From the human T2T-CHM13v2.0 reference genome, Homo sapiens: a stretch of DNA of 64,000 nucleotides. Position 1 is the stretch's first letter, and each line of letters begins with the position of its first letter. Below are positions 42,038 through 56,204 of the stretch, piece after piece. The stretch is taken from NCBI RefSeq assembly GCF_009914755.1, contig NC_060928.1; one strand, written 5' to 3'. The position numbers and the translations under genes are program-made. The notes beneath the pieces were generated by a model. It was given only the letters and a program-made list of their open reading frames with translations. It made no database searches and was not told the DNA's origin.

Positions 42038-43426
42038 TTAAAAGAGGTATTGAATATAAACTATAAATAGTAAAAGGTATTATATATATAATTCATCAAT
42101 AAAATACCTTTTAAGAATCTAACACTTAGATGATTATTCATTCGGTTATTTAAACCTTCAGGTTAAGGACCTCCTTCATAAAAACATGGTTGGATAGGGT
42201 TTAGGTTATCTTTAAGTAGCAAAACTGTAGGAGTTTTACATGTAAGCTCTTCTGTCTTTGATGACCCCAAGACTCTTGTGTTTTTCTCCTAGAAATATTA
42301 TTTGGGGCCAGAATACAACTCAAAGCAATGTTGTTTCAGCTATATCAGAGAGTAAAGATTTTGATTATGAAATTATCTGCTTCTTTAACTGTCTCAGGAT
42401 GTTATCTCTGAAAAGCAAGTTAACATATTTTCTACATAGAAGACACCAAAAATAGACATGTATGGGAGAATAATGTGACTGCTAAAAAAACTGGGGGAGC
42501 TAATCTAGTGCTTCAGAAAATAGAGAGAAACTGTATTGTAACTTTTTGGTTATAAAAATTTTCCACATGCTTATTTTCATTTCTAAATTACAAAGTATTT
42601 TGACAAAGAGAGATTTTCTCTGAATTTGTAATCTACTTTGGCTTCATGAAACATCAATTTATTTCTAAATATACCTTTAACCCTAAGAACATTTAAACCC
42701 CAGTCTCTTTAGGGCAATAATTTTCCATTTGAAGTGGCTCTATTAAGTTTTGATTCATTGAATTTGATTAAAAAGATCAAGTGCCCAAGAAATTGTAGAA
42801 TCTATAATTTTAGACAATCTTTTAATATTAAAATACTTTCCTTTCATATATTCATAAACTCATGATTCAATAACTTGCCATAATTTCTAAATATTTTATA
42901 TATTATTCACCCATCATCTCAAATCTGTTAAGTAGTTCCTTAGTAAAGATAGGTGATATGTTGGGTAATGACTAGGTTTATTGTTTAGCGTTACAAAACT
43001 TGAAAATGAATCTACCTTTAGGGTTATTTTCTGCCTATGAATAGGTGCCAATGGCGACAATAAACCTCTGGATACCAGAATGATTAATTAGTGAGATGGT
43101 CTCTGGAGGCCCTCCCTATCAGTCCTCAGCCCTGACTTCTGATAAAGTCCTCTAAACTAAAACCTTTCTCTGCTTTGCAAATGTAAAATTCTTTTTATTT
43201 TAGAAATTGGTCATGTATTTCAAGAGTTTGATTTAATGTATCTGGTTGTCTATTTAACTTTTTCTGCTGAATATTAGATAGGTCAAGACAGAGACTCAAT
43301 TGTTTGGCTGGATTTCCTCAAACTGATGATGTCACCGTTAACACAACAGCAATAACAATAGATAGAAAATATGTGAGTTAGGTAAACTGTAAATTCCTTG
43401 ATTGCAGATAGAAAATGACTATGAAG

Positions 43427-43733
<307 letters not shown>

Positions 43734-44069
43734 TTATTTTTGAAGTTTGTTAATAATAGTCAAGTTCTTGAAAAACTTGCAATCACCTATTGCCAGAAAA
43801 TAGCATTGACTCTGTTGAAACTATTAAATACACACTTCATAGATCTTTATTTTTTAACATACGTTTTATATATTTTCTGCCTTTTTTTGTAACTGTTTAA
43901 AGTAGAATATACACTGTTTTATTTTTTAACACTGAATAGGAAGTATTTTTCTTTTTCCATCTATTCAAATGAGATAACTTAACCACCGGGCAGTACACAT
44001 TTGGAGGCAGAAAAAATGATCTCTGTCTAAATTTTCTTATGTGAGTATGAAGAGAAAATTTGCAGGTCG

Positions 44070-44200
44070 GAGAAGTCTAGGTATTACGTATTAGTTTATA
44101 AAATTTAGTCAAGTCATTAAATTTATCTGTGCTTCATGTACCTCATGTATAAAATGAGAAACTTGGACTGAATTATAAACTCTTCCAGTGCTGGAATTCA
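44070..44200 (+). mobile_element. MIR fragment
   Basis: caagtcattaaatttatctgtgcttca...ctcatgtataaaatgaga. Confidence 0.6.
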
Positions 44201-44941
44201 GTTACTATTTAATTTCCATGAGTCATTTTGAGATTAGAAATTGAATTAGAACAATAAATCTTAACAATCATGAAAGAATTATTAAGCACTTAATTTATGC
44301 ATGCCATTTAATGTTTTTCCATAAAATTTAAAGGATTATCTACCTTGAACTAAAGTATATTCAAAAGGAAAAGTCAAATAGACAACCATGTAATATGTAA
44401 TTCATGTTTTTCAAAAAATGGTTAGTTTGGATCTGACCACTTTGAAATAGCTGAAATATTTTACCACTATTAATTTAATCTCTCAAATGATAAGCACCTC
44501 AAGTTACTTTTTAAAAGGTAAAAGGTTAGACAGAAATAGATATTTTTATACTTCTATTTAGGTCAACCTGCTTATTCTTGAAATAAAGTTAAGTTTTTTT
44601 AATGACAACCATTAAGTTTTTACTGGTATTGTTCTATATGACAGGGAACAAATCTTATTTAGAATTGTGTATTCCTCAGAGGACTAACCAGTTTTGTAGT
44701 GTGACTGTGTATTTCAGAGTCCCTTCTGATTTTTATCAGTTAAAAGGAATGTGAAGACATAATACTAAAAATTATTGTTGTATTATAAACTATGAGTACA
44801 TTTCTTGTAGGTGTGTGGCCCTGAAAATACATGTGTAGATCAATTTTTCTCAAATTGAATCACATTTTAAATATTCTATGAAAAAACTGCTACCTAAGTA
44901 AGCTTATGATTAAGTTGTTAGGAGAAGAAAATATATACTGA

Positions 44942-45184
<243 letters not shown>

Positions 45185-45339
45185 TAATATGCAATTAGAT
45201 TATAATTTTTTTTCTAGTAATATCTAAAACATGAAAGGAGATCATCTTAAAATTAAAAACTCAACTAACTTCACAATTACATATGTATTTTCTCTGTTGT
45301 CTTCTTGGCTTTGAGAAAATTTAATTCTATACAAAACAT

Positions 45340-46078
45340 ATCTCAATCGCATTCTCATCTACTCTCACCTTTTTCCTCCCTCTGTGGCTACTCCGGCTTT
45401 CTCCCTGTTGCTCTAATACCTCAACATCTTTCTTATTTCAGATGCTTCATCCATCTTCATTCTTTTCTCTTTCTAGTCTTATGAAGCCTGTTTTGACCAT
45501 TTTATCAGTCACGTCACTTTGTTTGTTTATTCAATAATCTGTATGGGAATTTGTATCTAATCTTTTTTTTTAATTTACATGTGGCAAGCTTCTTCTCTGA
45601 ACACCTGTCATTTTTATTTGAAAGAAGTCATTGAAAGTAAACAAGACCAGCAAGCCTTCACAATAACAGCAGGAAGTTCCCATAAGTCGGCTAGTTTTGC
45701 CCTAGTGATACTTTTCTATCTATTTCACAATACTTGATCCCTTGCCTCCAAAGGCCCCTGGATGGAATATCCTCCTTTCCACTAATTCTTGAACTGGCCA
45801 ATTCCTCTTCTGAAAGACTAAGCTAAGGCCTAATTTCTCCTTCTACCTCCAAGCAGGCTGAGGTCTCCCTGTGCTATGATCCAACCTTATTCATTTCTCT
45901 CATATTTCACTTACCACATGGAGCTTAATTGCTGTAATAGACTTGTCAGCTTTCTGAGAACACTTACTTATTTTAACAGGGATATGACTAGTTTCTTATT
46001 AACTTTGATAACCATCAACTATCCCAGTGGCTACTACACAACAGCTGCTTAATTACGTATGTTGAATACCTGAATAAA
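45340..46078 (+). mobile_element. L2 fragments (probably two pieces)
   Basis: Pyrimidine-rich L2 3' region ending gcttaattacgtatgttgaatacctgaat. Confidence 0.55.
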
Positions 46079-46449
46079 AACAGGACTATGGAAAAATGCC
46101 TGCCTCTGAGTGGTCTCTGAATGTTTAATTTTCCCCTAGATTACTTCCCAGTAGTAAAAAAAGACAGACTGAGCACTTCATGACAAACCCTGGACCCTTA
46201 GCTTGACCTGTCTTAGTTCTTCCAAGTAAGCACAAGTAAGGTGGGATATTTCTTTCTTTTTTTTTCTGCTTATGTTTCATCAATCCATTTTGAATTCCTG
46301 AGTAGTTTGGAGAAAATAACTTGAAATGAGTTATAAAGTCTTCCATATATTTTTATATTTTTTATTACATTTCAACCTAATATACTTTTCTTTTCTTTAT
46401 GGAACTGAAATAGTGATGCAATTACAAAGCAGAGAAGGAAGTAAAGCAA

Positions 46450-46620
46450 TACTTATTTTGACCACCTACTATGCTCTTGACTGTGAGCTAGGCACTCTGG
46501 GTCCATTATCTCATTCAATTCTCCTGATAGCCCTAAGAGGGAGGTATACTTAATACCAATTCAAGGTTTAAAACAAAACAAAAACAGAAACAAAAACCTG
46601 AAGCACAGCTATATTATTAG
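46450..46620 (-). mobile_element. MIR fragment
   Basis: ttttgaccacctactatg...cattatctcattcaattctc...ccctaagagggaggta. Confidence 0.7.
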
Positions 46621-47124
46621 TATGAGGGCTGACTGACTTTTTAAAGGACTGTGGCCAATTGTAGTCATATGTTTTGCAGCTATGGAACTCCTTTAGACCA
46701 ATGCTATGATTCTTTACTATTGCCTGCTTGGAATTACCATAAAATGAGATTTTTCACAAAGTCATTTTTATTTTGAGTTTTAGCGATTTATGAGAATGGA
46801 ATTTACTAAAATTTAAATGATGCAGAAACTAAGAGATTGAAGGAAAAATAGAAATGGATAGAAATGGAGAAAAAGAAAGAAAACATAATTTATTTTATAG
46901 GGAATAACTAGTAGGTCATGCAGCACAATGCCTGATATTTATGTAGTTTTAGATTTATACTTTTGGAGGGTGAGTGGTATATACACACATATACAAATGA
47001 AATATTTCAGGGGAGAATTAGTGGCCTATCTATATATCTATCACTGAAAATTTTCAGCAATGTGATAAAGGATCTCAATAAACAATCGTTCTGGGTTGTG
47101 GGATTGAAACTCTCAAAGAGGGGG

Positions 47125-47250
47125 TGAGATCACTCAGTGGCTATTACCATGGGTAAATCTTTTACCTCACCTGCCATCAGTCTCCTCATTTGTAAATAGG
47201 TGGTTTCAATAGATGCCCTCTGAGGACTTTTTCTACAAAAATATGTTGTG
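47125..47250 (+). mobile_element. MIR fragment
   Basis: accatgggtaaatc...tcagtctcctcatttgtaaatagg...tagatgccctctgagg. Confidence 0.6.
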
Positions 47251-48133
47251 ATTTTTTTAAAGATTTTAGTTTTGACTACCTTTTGATACAGTTATTAATT
47301 AACAGAGACATGACTAATTTGTTGGAAAAGTCAGGAGAAGAATCTAAGCAATGTAATACTCAACAAACTGGAAAAATCCGTCCCTTAATAAACAATAAAC
47401 TATCTGACTTTTTATGAAGTCATTTCCATTCCTTTGATACTTACATATATTTTAAGGGTCCTTTTGTTTCTGTATTTCTGAGCTCATTTCAATTATGTTA
47501 AATTTTAGAGATTTTCCCATGGAAGTGTTGCAAACTCTTTTAATAAGTTTGATATATGAAAAACTGCATTCAAAACTAGAATTATTAAAATTAATTTTAA
47601 ACCTCTGTAGATATATTTCTAAGCAGATGGGAGAATATTTAGGCTATTAAACCTAATCCATAAATCACCATCTAGGGTAATGAGACTTTAATGTTGTCTT
47701 CAATTTTTCCATTAATTTGAAGTGTCCAGAGCTTTCAGATAAGTTATTTTGGTTTAATCATTATGGAGCAAATAGGACTCTGTTGCTATGGAAAACTAAT
47801 TTCTTAAATATGTGTTTTCCTTTCTGTATTGAAATCTCTAATTCATTTTCCATACTCCCATAATCTTATGTAACAAAGTAGATAAGTATTCCAATTTTAT
47901 ATTTTATTAAAATTATTGATATACAAAAGTATCAGAGATTATGTAAGAATAAAACGAAAAAGAAATAAAAGTTTAGCTTTCTTTAAGATATCATAATATT
48001 GTAGCTACCAAGAACCAAAGTCTATCATTAATTCATAAACTTCTGAATCATTTATATGTCATGATCCAGAAATGATGACCTGATTTATATAACTTGATGG
48101 AAAAATTAGAAATTTCATCTTTAAATATGAGTG

Positions 48134-48366
48134 TCAAGGTTTCCAGAAGTTGTGTGTCTTTGAATATTTAGTACCACATGATGCTCCAAGAAGATAAATT
48201 TGAGAAATGCTTTCTTCGAGATACAGCATTTATATATGCATTACATATATTACATGTAAATCTTGCAGTGAAGAAATCTGTTTAATCAAGCTTAACAAAA
48301 TATTTTACTAATGATCCTGGAACAACTATTTTCATATTTAAGATGTTAGTCTATTTTGGAAACTGT
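48134..48366. mobile_element. hAT-Charlie non-autonomous DNA transposon (MER103-like)
   Basis: Degenerate TIRs caaggtttccagaa / ttttggaaactg, internal aaatttgagaaatgct and gcagtgaagaaatctgtttaa. Confidence 0.55.
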
Positions 48367-49169
48367 TTCACAGAACTCATTCAGAGAAATATTGCAATAT
48401 GTCAATAATACAAGCTTTTATCATGATGTAATTTCTAACCTACTTCTATAAGGATCTGTCAATTATTATTATTAAAGAATTGAACATATCTTTAAAAGAT
48501 GAATAGTCTTAACTAGATTTATATTTGCCAATCACATATTATGATTGTTTTTTTAAAATTAAGCCTGAAGATTGAACATAATTTTTTGGAGGGTAATTTG
48601 AGAATGGATGAATTAGGTAACCTGAAAATACTCCTACACAAAGTAAAACACACACACAAAAGGAAAATACAATGAACATATTTTGAGAGTGTACCTGAAA
48701 TTGCAACAAAGTAAAGGAAATTCTCATGGGTCTCAGGTGAATGGGCATGTGGAACAGTTTTGTGGGGTGGAGACTGGGCAGGTGAAACCCTAGCAGGAAA
48801 TCTGTCACCCAATCTTGCTGGAGCCCTGGAAAAACAGGGCTAAGAGAGAAGTAGGGGGAAGTTTGTGTTTTAATGGTTATGCTGACACAAGGTCTGTTTA
48901 TGTTGGAGAGATTGAATCCTAACACTTCATTTCGGACTCTTGGAAGTCTACACCTCAGTGAAATGGTGCTGAGAAAAATCTGCACACTGGACCAATGAGA
49001 TGATGGGAGGAAGCTTGTTGGAATATGCATAGGCTCTATATAGAAATAGTCACATGCTCTGAGAATTACTTGCATTAGTCAGCCCTCACACAAGTTTGGA
49101 TTTTGAGTACTAACTACCTGTGAGGTCTAAGAAACCCCAAGCCAAGAAATTAACATAGAAAGTGGTCCC

Positions 49170-50200
49170 CACTTCACACCTACTAAGGTGACTATAATCA
49201 GTAAAATAGAAAATAACAATTGTTGGTGAGAATGTGGACAAATTGGAAGCCTGCATTCTGGTGGGAATGTGAAATGCATGTGAAATGGTGCAGCTCCTGT
49301 GGAAAACAGCGTGGCAGGTCCTCAAAATCTTCCGTATGACCCAGCAATTGCACTGCTAAGGGTATATCCAAAAGAATTGAAAGCAAGGACTCAAACAGAT
49401 ATTTGTATACTACAATTTGCATTTACAACAGCCAAAAGGTGGAAACAACCTGTGTCCATCAAGAGATGCATGGATAAACAAAATATGATATATACATACA
49501 ATGGAATAAAGCCATTATCCTCAGGAAACTAGCACACGAACAGAAAACCAAACACTGCATGTTTTCACTTATAAATGGGAGCTGAACAATGAGAACACAT
49601 GGACACAGGGAGGGGAACAACACACACTGGAGCCTGTTGGGGATGTGGGAGAAGGAAGAGCATCAGGATAAATAGCTAATGCATGTGGGCCTTAATACCT
49701 AGGTGATGGGTTGGTAGGTGCAGCAAACCACTATGGTTACCTAAGTAACAAACCTGTGTGTCCTGCACATATATCCTGGAACTTCAAATCAAATCAAATT
49801 AAATTAAATTTAAAAAAATTCAGCCACGAAAGGAATGGAATTTTGATAGATGCTACAACATGGATGAACCTTGAAAATATTAAGTTGAGTGAAATAAACC
49901 AACAGAAGGACAAATATTATATAATTCCACTCATGTGAGATATCTAGAATAGTCAAATTTATAGAAATGGATTTAGAAATGGAAAGCAGAATAGAGGTTA
50001 GCAAGTGTTAGGAGGAAGGGGGAATTAGAGTTATTGTTTAATGAGTACAGGGTTTATGTTGGGGATGATAACAAATTTGAGGCACAGGTAATGTTGATGT
50101 TTATATAACACTGAAAATGTCTCTAATACCACTGAATTGAATAACTACAAGTGGTTAAAATGAAAAATATTTTGTTACATATATTTTACCACAATAAAAA
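49170..50200 (+). mobile_element. L1MB-like 3' end
   Basis: ORF2 end and 3'UTR (gctacaacatggatgaaccttgaaaa...ttttaccacaataaaaa). TSD aagtggtccc (~49160) / aagtggtctc (~50204). Confidence 0.9.
49509..49818 (+). mobile_element. L1PA (about PA10-13) 3'UTR nested in the L1MB copy
   Basis: gggagctgaacaatgagaacacatggacacagggaggggaac...tail (aaatc/aaatt)n. L1MB resumes at attcagcca. Confidence 0.9.
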
Positions 50201-50685
50201 AAGAAGTGGTCTCAGACCAGTGGTAACTCCAAATCACTTGAAGGGAGCTTCCATAAAATGTCTTTGGAGTGACTGGCTCTCTTATTCCAGGCTGTTCAAC
50301 TATTAGTTCCCAATGAAGACAAATCCACAATCGAAATCACAGCACATAAGAAAACAGTTACTCCATGAGGTAGAGTCAGCAGATAATAAAATATCAAGAT
50401 TATATTACCAAGAATTTCAGCCAACCCAACTAATTTACTACAACAAAGAAATTAGACGACAATGGAATATACCTTCAAAATACTGACAGAATATATCATC
50501 TGCCATTCTACCTCAGTTAAATCACCAAACAAGTGCCAAGATAAAATGGGGTCATTGAAATCAATGCATTATAAGGCCTTAAATTATTAAAAAGAAGGAG
50601 ATAAATACACTGACTCAACATTCTAAAATTAGTCCATTTTAAAGCTTAAAAAATTTAAAGTTTTAAAGGCTTTAAAGTTTTAAGG

Positions 50686-51394
50686 CTGTAGTTCTCAAAT
50701 TTTTTATTCTGGACACTTAAAAAATTTTTAAGGTTAGTAAGAACTTCAAGTAGATTTTATTTATGGGCTTCACATCTATCAACATTTACCATATTAAAAA
50801 CTAAAAGAAAAGAATTTAAAATACTTGTTAATTTATTTAAACAACAGTAATAAACTTACCATATGTTAATGTAAATGGTAATTTCTGTGAAAATAACTAT
50901 TTCCCAAAACAAAAATGTATTGTGAAAGGAAAATATCTTCTGCCCCCAAAATTACTAAGCTGGGAAAATTCAAGCTGAGAATCAAACTGTGTCTCGACCA
51001 CCTTGGGCACATGATGTCAGGAATTCCTGAGGCTGTGTCACAGATGTGCATCTTCAATCTTGGCAAAATAAACTTTCTAAATTAATCTGAGACCAGTCTT
51101 ATATTTTCTGGGTCTACGGTATTAAGAAACGTAACATTGTTTTGTATTTTTATAAATCTCTATAATGTCTGGCTTTACGGTTTGGCTGGATTTGCATATC
51201 TGCTTCTGCATTCAGTTTCTTATGATACATTACCCATTCTCTGGAAAATTCCACTGTGTACATGAAAGAATGAAAGTAGGTAAATAATGTCTTACTTTAT
51301 TATTTAAAAAGAATTTTGACTTCACATACCCCCACCACTATCAAAAGGTCTTGGGGATCTTCAGGGGCTCCAGACCACAATTTGAAAATCACAT
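50686..51394 (-). mobile_element. MER119-like hAT-Charlie DNA transposon, interrupted by a MER4 LTR
   Basis: TIR-like ends ctgtagttctcaaa / tttgaaaatcaca. Internal catatctgcttctgcattca and ctctggaaaattccactgt match remembered MER119. Confidence 0.8.
50921..51118 (+). mobile_element. Internally deleted MER4-group (ERV1) solo LTR, 198 bp
   Basis: Start tgtgaaaggaaaata, end region gaccaccttgggcacatg...ggcaaaataaactttctaaatt. 4-bp TSD gtat (50917-50920 / 51119-51122). Confidence 0.88.
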
Positions 51395-52116
51395 TTTGAG
51401 ACTTAGATTATACAACTGGATTTTAAAAAATACAATTTTATTCTCTCACCACTGCTGTTCAACATAGTACTAGTCATTCTGGCCAGAGCAATCATGTAAG
51501 AGAAAGAAATAAAAGGTATCCAAACAGGAAGAGAGGAAGTCAAACTATCTTTGTTTGTAGATAACATGATTCTGCACCTAGAAAACCTCATAGTCTCTAC
51601 CCCAAAGCTCCCTGATCTGATAAACAACTTCAGCAAAGTTACAGATACAAAATCAATGTACAAAAATCAGTAGCATTCCTTTACACCAACAACATCCAAG
51701 CTGACAGTCAGATCCAGAATGCAATCCCATTCACAATTGCCACAAAAAGAATAAAATACCTAGGAATACATCTAACCAGAGAGGTGAAATATCTCTACAA
51801 TGAGAATTACAAAACACTGCTCAAAGAAATCAGAAAACACAAATAAAAAACATTCCATGCTCATGGATAGGAAGAGTCAACATCATTAAAATGGCTATAC
51901 TGCCTAAAGTAATTTATAGATTCAATGTTAGTCCTACCAAACTACAGATGACATTCTTCATAGATCTAGAAAATACTATTTTATAATCATATGGAACCAA
52001 AAAAAGAGCACAAATAGCCAAGACAATCCTAAACAAAAAGAACAAAACTGGAGGCATCATGTCACCTGACCTCAAACTACACTACAGGGTTACAGTAACC
52101 AAAACAACATGGTACT

Positions 52117-52473
52117 TGATATGGTTTGGCTGTGTTCCCACCCAAATCTCATCTTGAATTCCAATGTGTTGTGGGAGGGACCCAGTGGGAGGTAATTGAA
52201 TCAAGGGGGCAATTGAATCCCGTGCTGTTCTTATGATACTGAATAAGTCTCATGAGATCTGATGGCTTTATAAAGTGGAGTTTCCCTGCACAAGCTCTCT
52301 TTTTGCCTGCCACCATCCACATAAGATGTGACTTGCTCCTCTTTGCCTTCTGCCATGATTGTGAGGCCTCCCCAGTCATGTGGACTTGTGAGTTCTCCAT
52401 TAAACCTCTTTCCTTTGTAATTTGCCCATTCTCGGGTATATATTTGTCAGCAGTGAGAAAACAGACTAATACA
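52117..52473 (+). mobile_element. THE1A/B-like solo LTR
   Basis: tgatatggtttggctg...gactaataca. Perfect TSD gtact (52112-52116 / 52474-52478). Confidence 0.96.
52193..52203 (+). promoter_or_regulatory. DUX4-type motif TAATTGAATCA in a THE1 solo LTR
   Basis: Exact match to TAAYBBAATCA. Motif match only. Confidence 0.6.
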
Positions 52474-54637
52474 GTACTGGTACGAGAACAGACACATAGA
52501 CCAGTGGAACAGAATAGAGAACCCAGAAACAAGACCTCACACCTACAATGTGCTGGAAAAACTGGCTAGTCACATGCAGAAGATGGAAACTGGACCTCTC
52601 CCTTCCACCATATACAAAAATCAACTCAAGATGTATTAAAGACTTAAATGTAAACCCTAAAACTATAAAAACCCTAAAAGAAAACCTAGGCAATACCATT
52701 CTGGACATAGGAACTGGTAAAGGTTTCATGATAAAGATGCCAAAAGCAACTGCAACACAAACAAAAATTGACAAATGGGACCTAATCATAATAACGAGCT
52801 TCTGCACAATAAATGAAACTATCAACAGAGTAAATAGACAACCTACAGAATGGGAGAAAATTTTTGCAAACTATGCATCTGACAAAGGTCTAATATCCAG
52901 CATCAGTAAGGAACTTAAACAAATATACAAGAAACAAACAAACAACCCCATTAAAAAGTGGGCACAGGACATAAACAGACACTTTTCTAGAGATGTACAT
53001 GCAGCCAACAAGCCTATGAAAAATGCTCAGCATCACTAATCATTAGAGAAATGCAAGTCAAAATCACAATGACTTTGACTACCTCACTATCTCACACCAG
53101 TCAGAGTGGTAATTATTAAAAAGCCAAAAAATAACAGATACTGGCAAGGTTGTGGAGAAAAGAGAATGTTTATGCACTGCTGGTGGGCGTGTAAATTAGT
53201 TCAGCCATTGTAGAAAGCCGTGTGGTGATTTTTCAAAGAACTTAGCATTACCATTCAACTCAGCAATCCCATTATTGAATATATACCCAAAGGGATATAA
53301 TTCATTTTTACCATAAAGACATATGCAAATGTATGTTTATTGCAGCACTATTCACAATAGCAAAGACATGGAATCAACCCAAATACCCATCAATGGTAGA
53401 CTGGTTAAAGAACATATGGTACATATACACCATGGAATACTACACAAACATTAAAAAGAATAAGATCACGACATTTGCAGTAACATGGATAAAGCTGGAG
53501 ATCATTATCCTAAGCAAACTAATGCAGGAATAGAGAACTAAATACCACATGTTATCACTTACTATGTGGGAGCTAAACAAGAATACATGGACACAAAGAA
53601 GGGAAAAACAAACACCAGGGCCTGCTTGAGGGTGAAGTGTAGGAAGAGGGAGACAAAAAAAAAAATACCTATCAGGTACTGTAGTTATTACCTGGGTGAC
53701 TAACTAATCTGTACACCAAACCCCATGACATGCTGTTTACCAATATTTACTCTGCCCATGTATCCCTAAACCTGAAATAAAAGTTAAAAAAATATAATTT
53801 TGTGCCATCTATAAGAAAAATATTGAAAACATAAGAACAAGTTGGAAGTACATGGACAATAAAAGATAGACCAAAAAATGTGTATGAATTTTAGCTAGTA
53901 GGCTTTAAGGAAAAATGTGTTATTGGAGGTCAACAGGATAACAATATTTTGATAATATTCTCTAGGAATCTCTAACAATCCTAAACTTATAGTGTTCCTA
54001 ATAAAATAAACTCAAAATATAAAAAGACAAAATTTACAAATTCATAACCATGGTGGAATATGTTAACACACATCTCTAGGTAATCACTAGATTCTTATAC
54101 AATTGAACAATATAAACAAGCTTGTTCTAATCGGTCTTGGAGTGCACTGACATTCTTACCAGCCAGATATTTCATAAATTGTACAAACTTAACCTCCATA
54201 AAGTTGAAGGTTAAAACTGCGGGCTCTGACAATCTTATGTTCCTACTGAGAGGCTTCTTAATAAAGATTGAGTTAATTTTGGGGAGGTAATTTAGGCACA
54301 GTAGGATTCTTAATTAAATCTTTAAAACTATTAGAACAATTCATTGCACTATTTGGGAAATATTGCGTGTCTGACTGCTGTGAAGATGCTGTACTTATTC
54401 ACAATGCCATGTTTGCTCTTAATAAGGAAAAAGCAGGGAACTTCTCTGTGCTCAAGAACATGAAAGTGAAGAAATAAGATTGCCTCTTAGAGCTATGTTA
54501 TTAAATTGATTTATGTTGGACCAGAGACTAGGTATTCAATATGTTACCTTAAATGAATCAGATAATTATTTATTGGGCATTGTTTTAAATGTTTTTTTTT
54601 TTTTTCATATACTCCTTAGTTCAAGGCTTAGCCATAA

Positions 54638-54961
<324 letters not shown>

Positions 54962-54982
54962 TGAAGAAAATAATATCACATA

Positions 54983-55284
54983 TGCCAGGTGCAGTGATTC
55001 ACGCCTTACTTCCAGCACTTTGAGAGAGTGAAGCGGGCAGATTGCTTGATCTCAGGAGTTTGAGATCAGTCTGGGCAACAAGGTGAAACCCTGTCTCTAC
55101 CAAAAAATACAAAAATTAGTCGGGCATGGTGGCACATGCCTGTAGTCCCAGCTACTCAGGAGGCTGAGGTGGGAGGATCACTTGAGCCCAGGAGGTGGAG
55201 ATTGCAGTGAGCCGAGATTGTGCCATCGCACACCAGCCTGGGTAACAGAGCCAGACCCCCGTCTCAATAACAACAACAAAAAAA
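54983..55284 (+). mobile_element. AluJ
   Basis: gggaggatcacttgagcccagga, (CAA)n tail. Confidence 0.93.
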
Positions 55285-55939
55285 TGGGGTTAGTTTCCCT
55301 TTCTAGGAAAAAAAAAAGTTTGTAAGGAAATTGTCTCAGGGTGTCCCCAGAAGTAACCAGAAAAAGCTTGCCTTGGCCAACAAATATGATTATGTGGTCC
55401 TTGCCAAAATCTTAGTGGCATAGCTTGGTAACTCTGGCCATCGAGAGGAAACAATTAACTTCCTTTGTTCTGATTTCTTGCTTTTTCAAGTAATGTTCTG
55501 CATATAATTTGGCTTCCTGGGTATACTCACCTGTAACAAGACAATTTGCTAATAACTGAACATAAATATCTGGTTCCTTTCATAATTGTGTTGTTCTCTG
55601 TAAATAAGAATAGCATCCTTTTTTATTTAAAGTCGTTTTAAAGTTGTTTCTGTGTTTGGTCCTTGGGAGTTGTCAACTCCTGTTCTGATTTCCTCTGGGT
55701 GTACCTGTAGTAAAAATCTCAGACCACCCAAGTTGAACTAAAATGAGACGATGGCCCAGTGGTCTTCCTGTCTATGGGGGCCTGTCAGGCAGCCAACAGA
55801 TCTCTCTTGAGAGACAATTGACTTCACTGCCATATGTTCCATCCTCACGGCAATGCTGATCACCCTAAGTATGGGATGCTCTGGCTCATCCTGTGGTCAT
55901 TGGGTGAGCATAAATCAATACCTTTTCCCTTACTTTTTC

Positions 55940-56200
55940 TCATAGATTCAACAGGAAATACATTGAGACCCTACTACCCTGTTGAGCACAGCAGAGTATT
56001 TTAAAATGAAATAAGAATTCCCAATCTTCAAAATGTTTTAGCGTAGAAGTGATAAAACAAGTAATGCAATGCTACAAGACAAGACTATTCTAAGGATTTT
56101 ACAAGAGATACAGAAAATGACTATGGTGTTCACAGGAGACAGAAATCACCTCCACTTGAGGAGAAAGGCTTAATGGTGTAAAAGAACTTTGAAGAAGTGA
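55940..56200 (-). mobile_element. L2 3' fragment
   Basis: ttcaacaggaaatacattgagaccctacta...aaaatgaaataaga. Confidence 0.55.
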
Positions 56201-56204
56201 CTGC

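Larger units (their letters stand above)
48700..50600 (+). mobile_element. Old L1M 5'UTR/ORF1-like host containing nested L1 insertions
   Basis: L1 5'-like text on both sides of 49170-50200. Likely continues near 53850-54130. Confidence 0.5.
51442..53790 (+). mobile_element. 5'-truncated L1 (L1PA13-16-like), interrupted by THE1
   Basis: RT-to-3'UTR of ORF2, ORF 52548..53039 is ORF2p-like. TSD taaaaaatacaattttat (51424) / taaaaaaatataattttgt (53785). Confidence 0.95.

Noticed and set aside
42292-42355. Peptide KQCCFSYIRE resembling a CC-chemokine motif after an acceptor site
   Set aside because: Immediate stop codon and none of the downstream chemokine cysteines. Likely chance.
47782-47796. 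RFX X-box-like gttgctatggaaaac (also ggcaac half-sites near 7030)
   Set aside because: Imperfect half-site, and a motif alone is not enough to call a regulatory element.
54277-54477. 66-codon open stretch in unique DNA (…FGKYCVSDCCEDAVLIHNAMF…)
   Set aside because: No recognisable homology, start codon context or splice sites.
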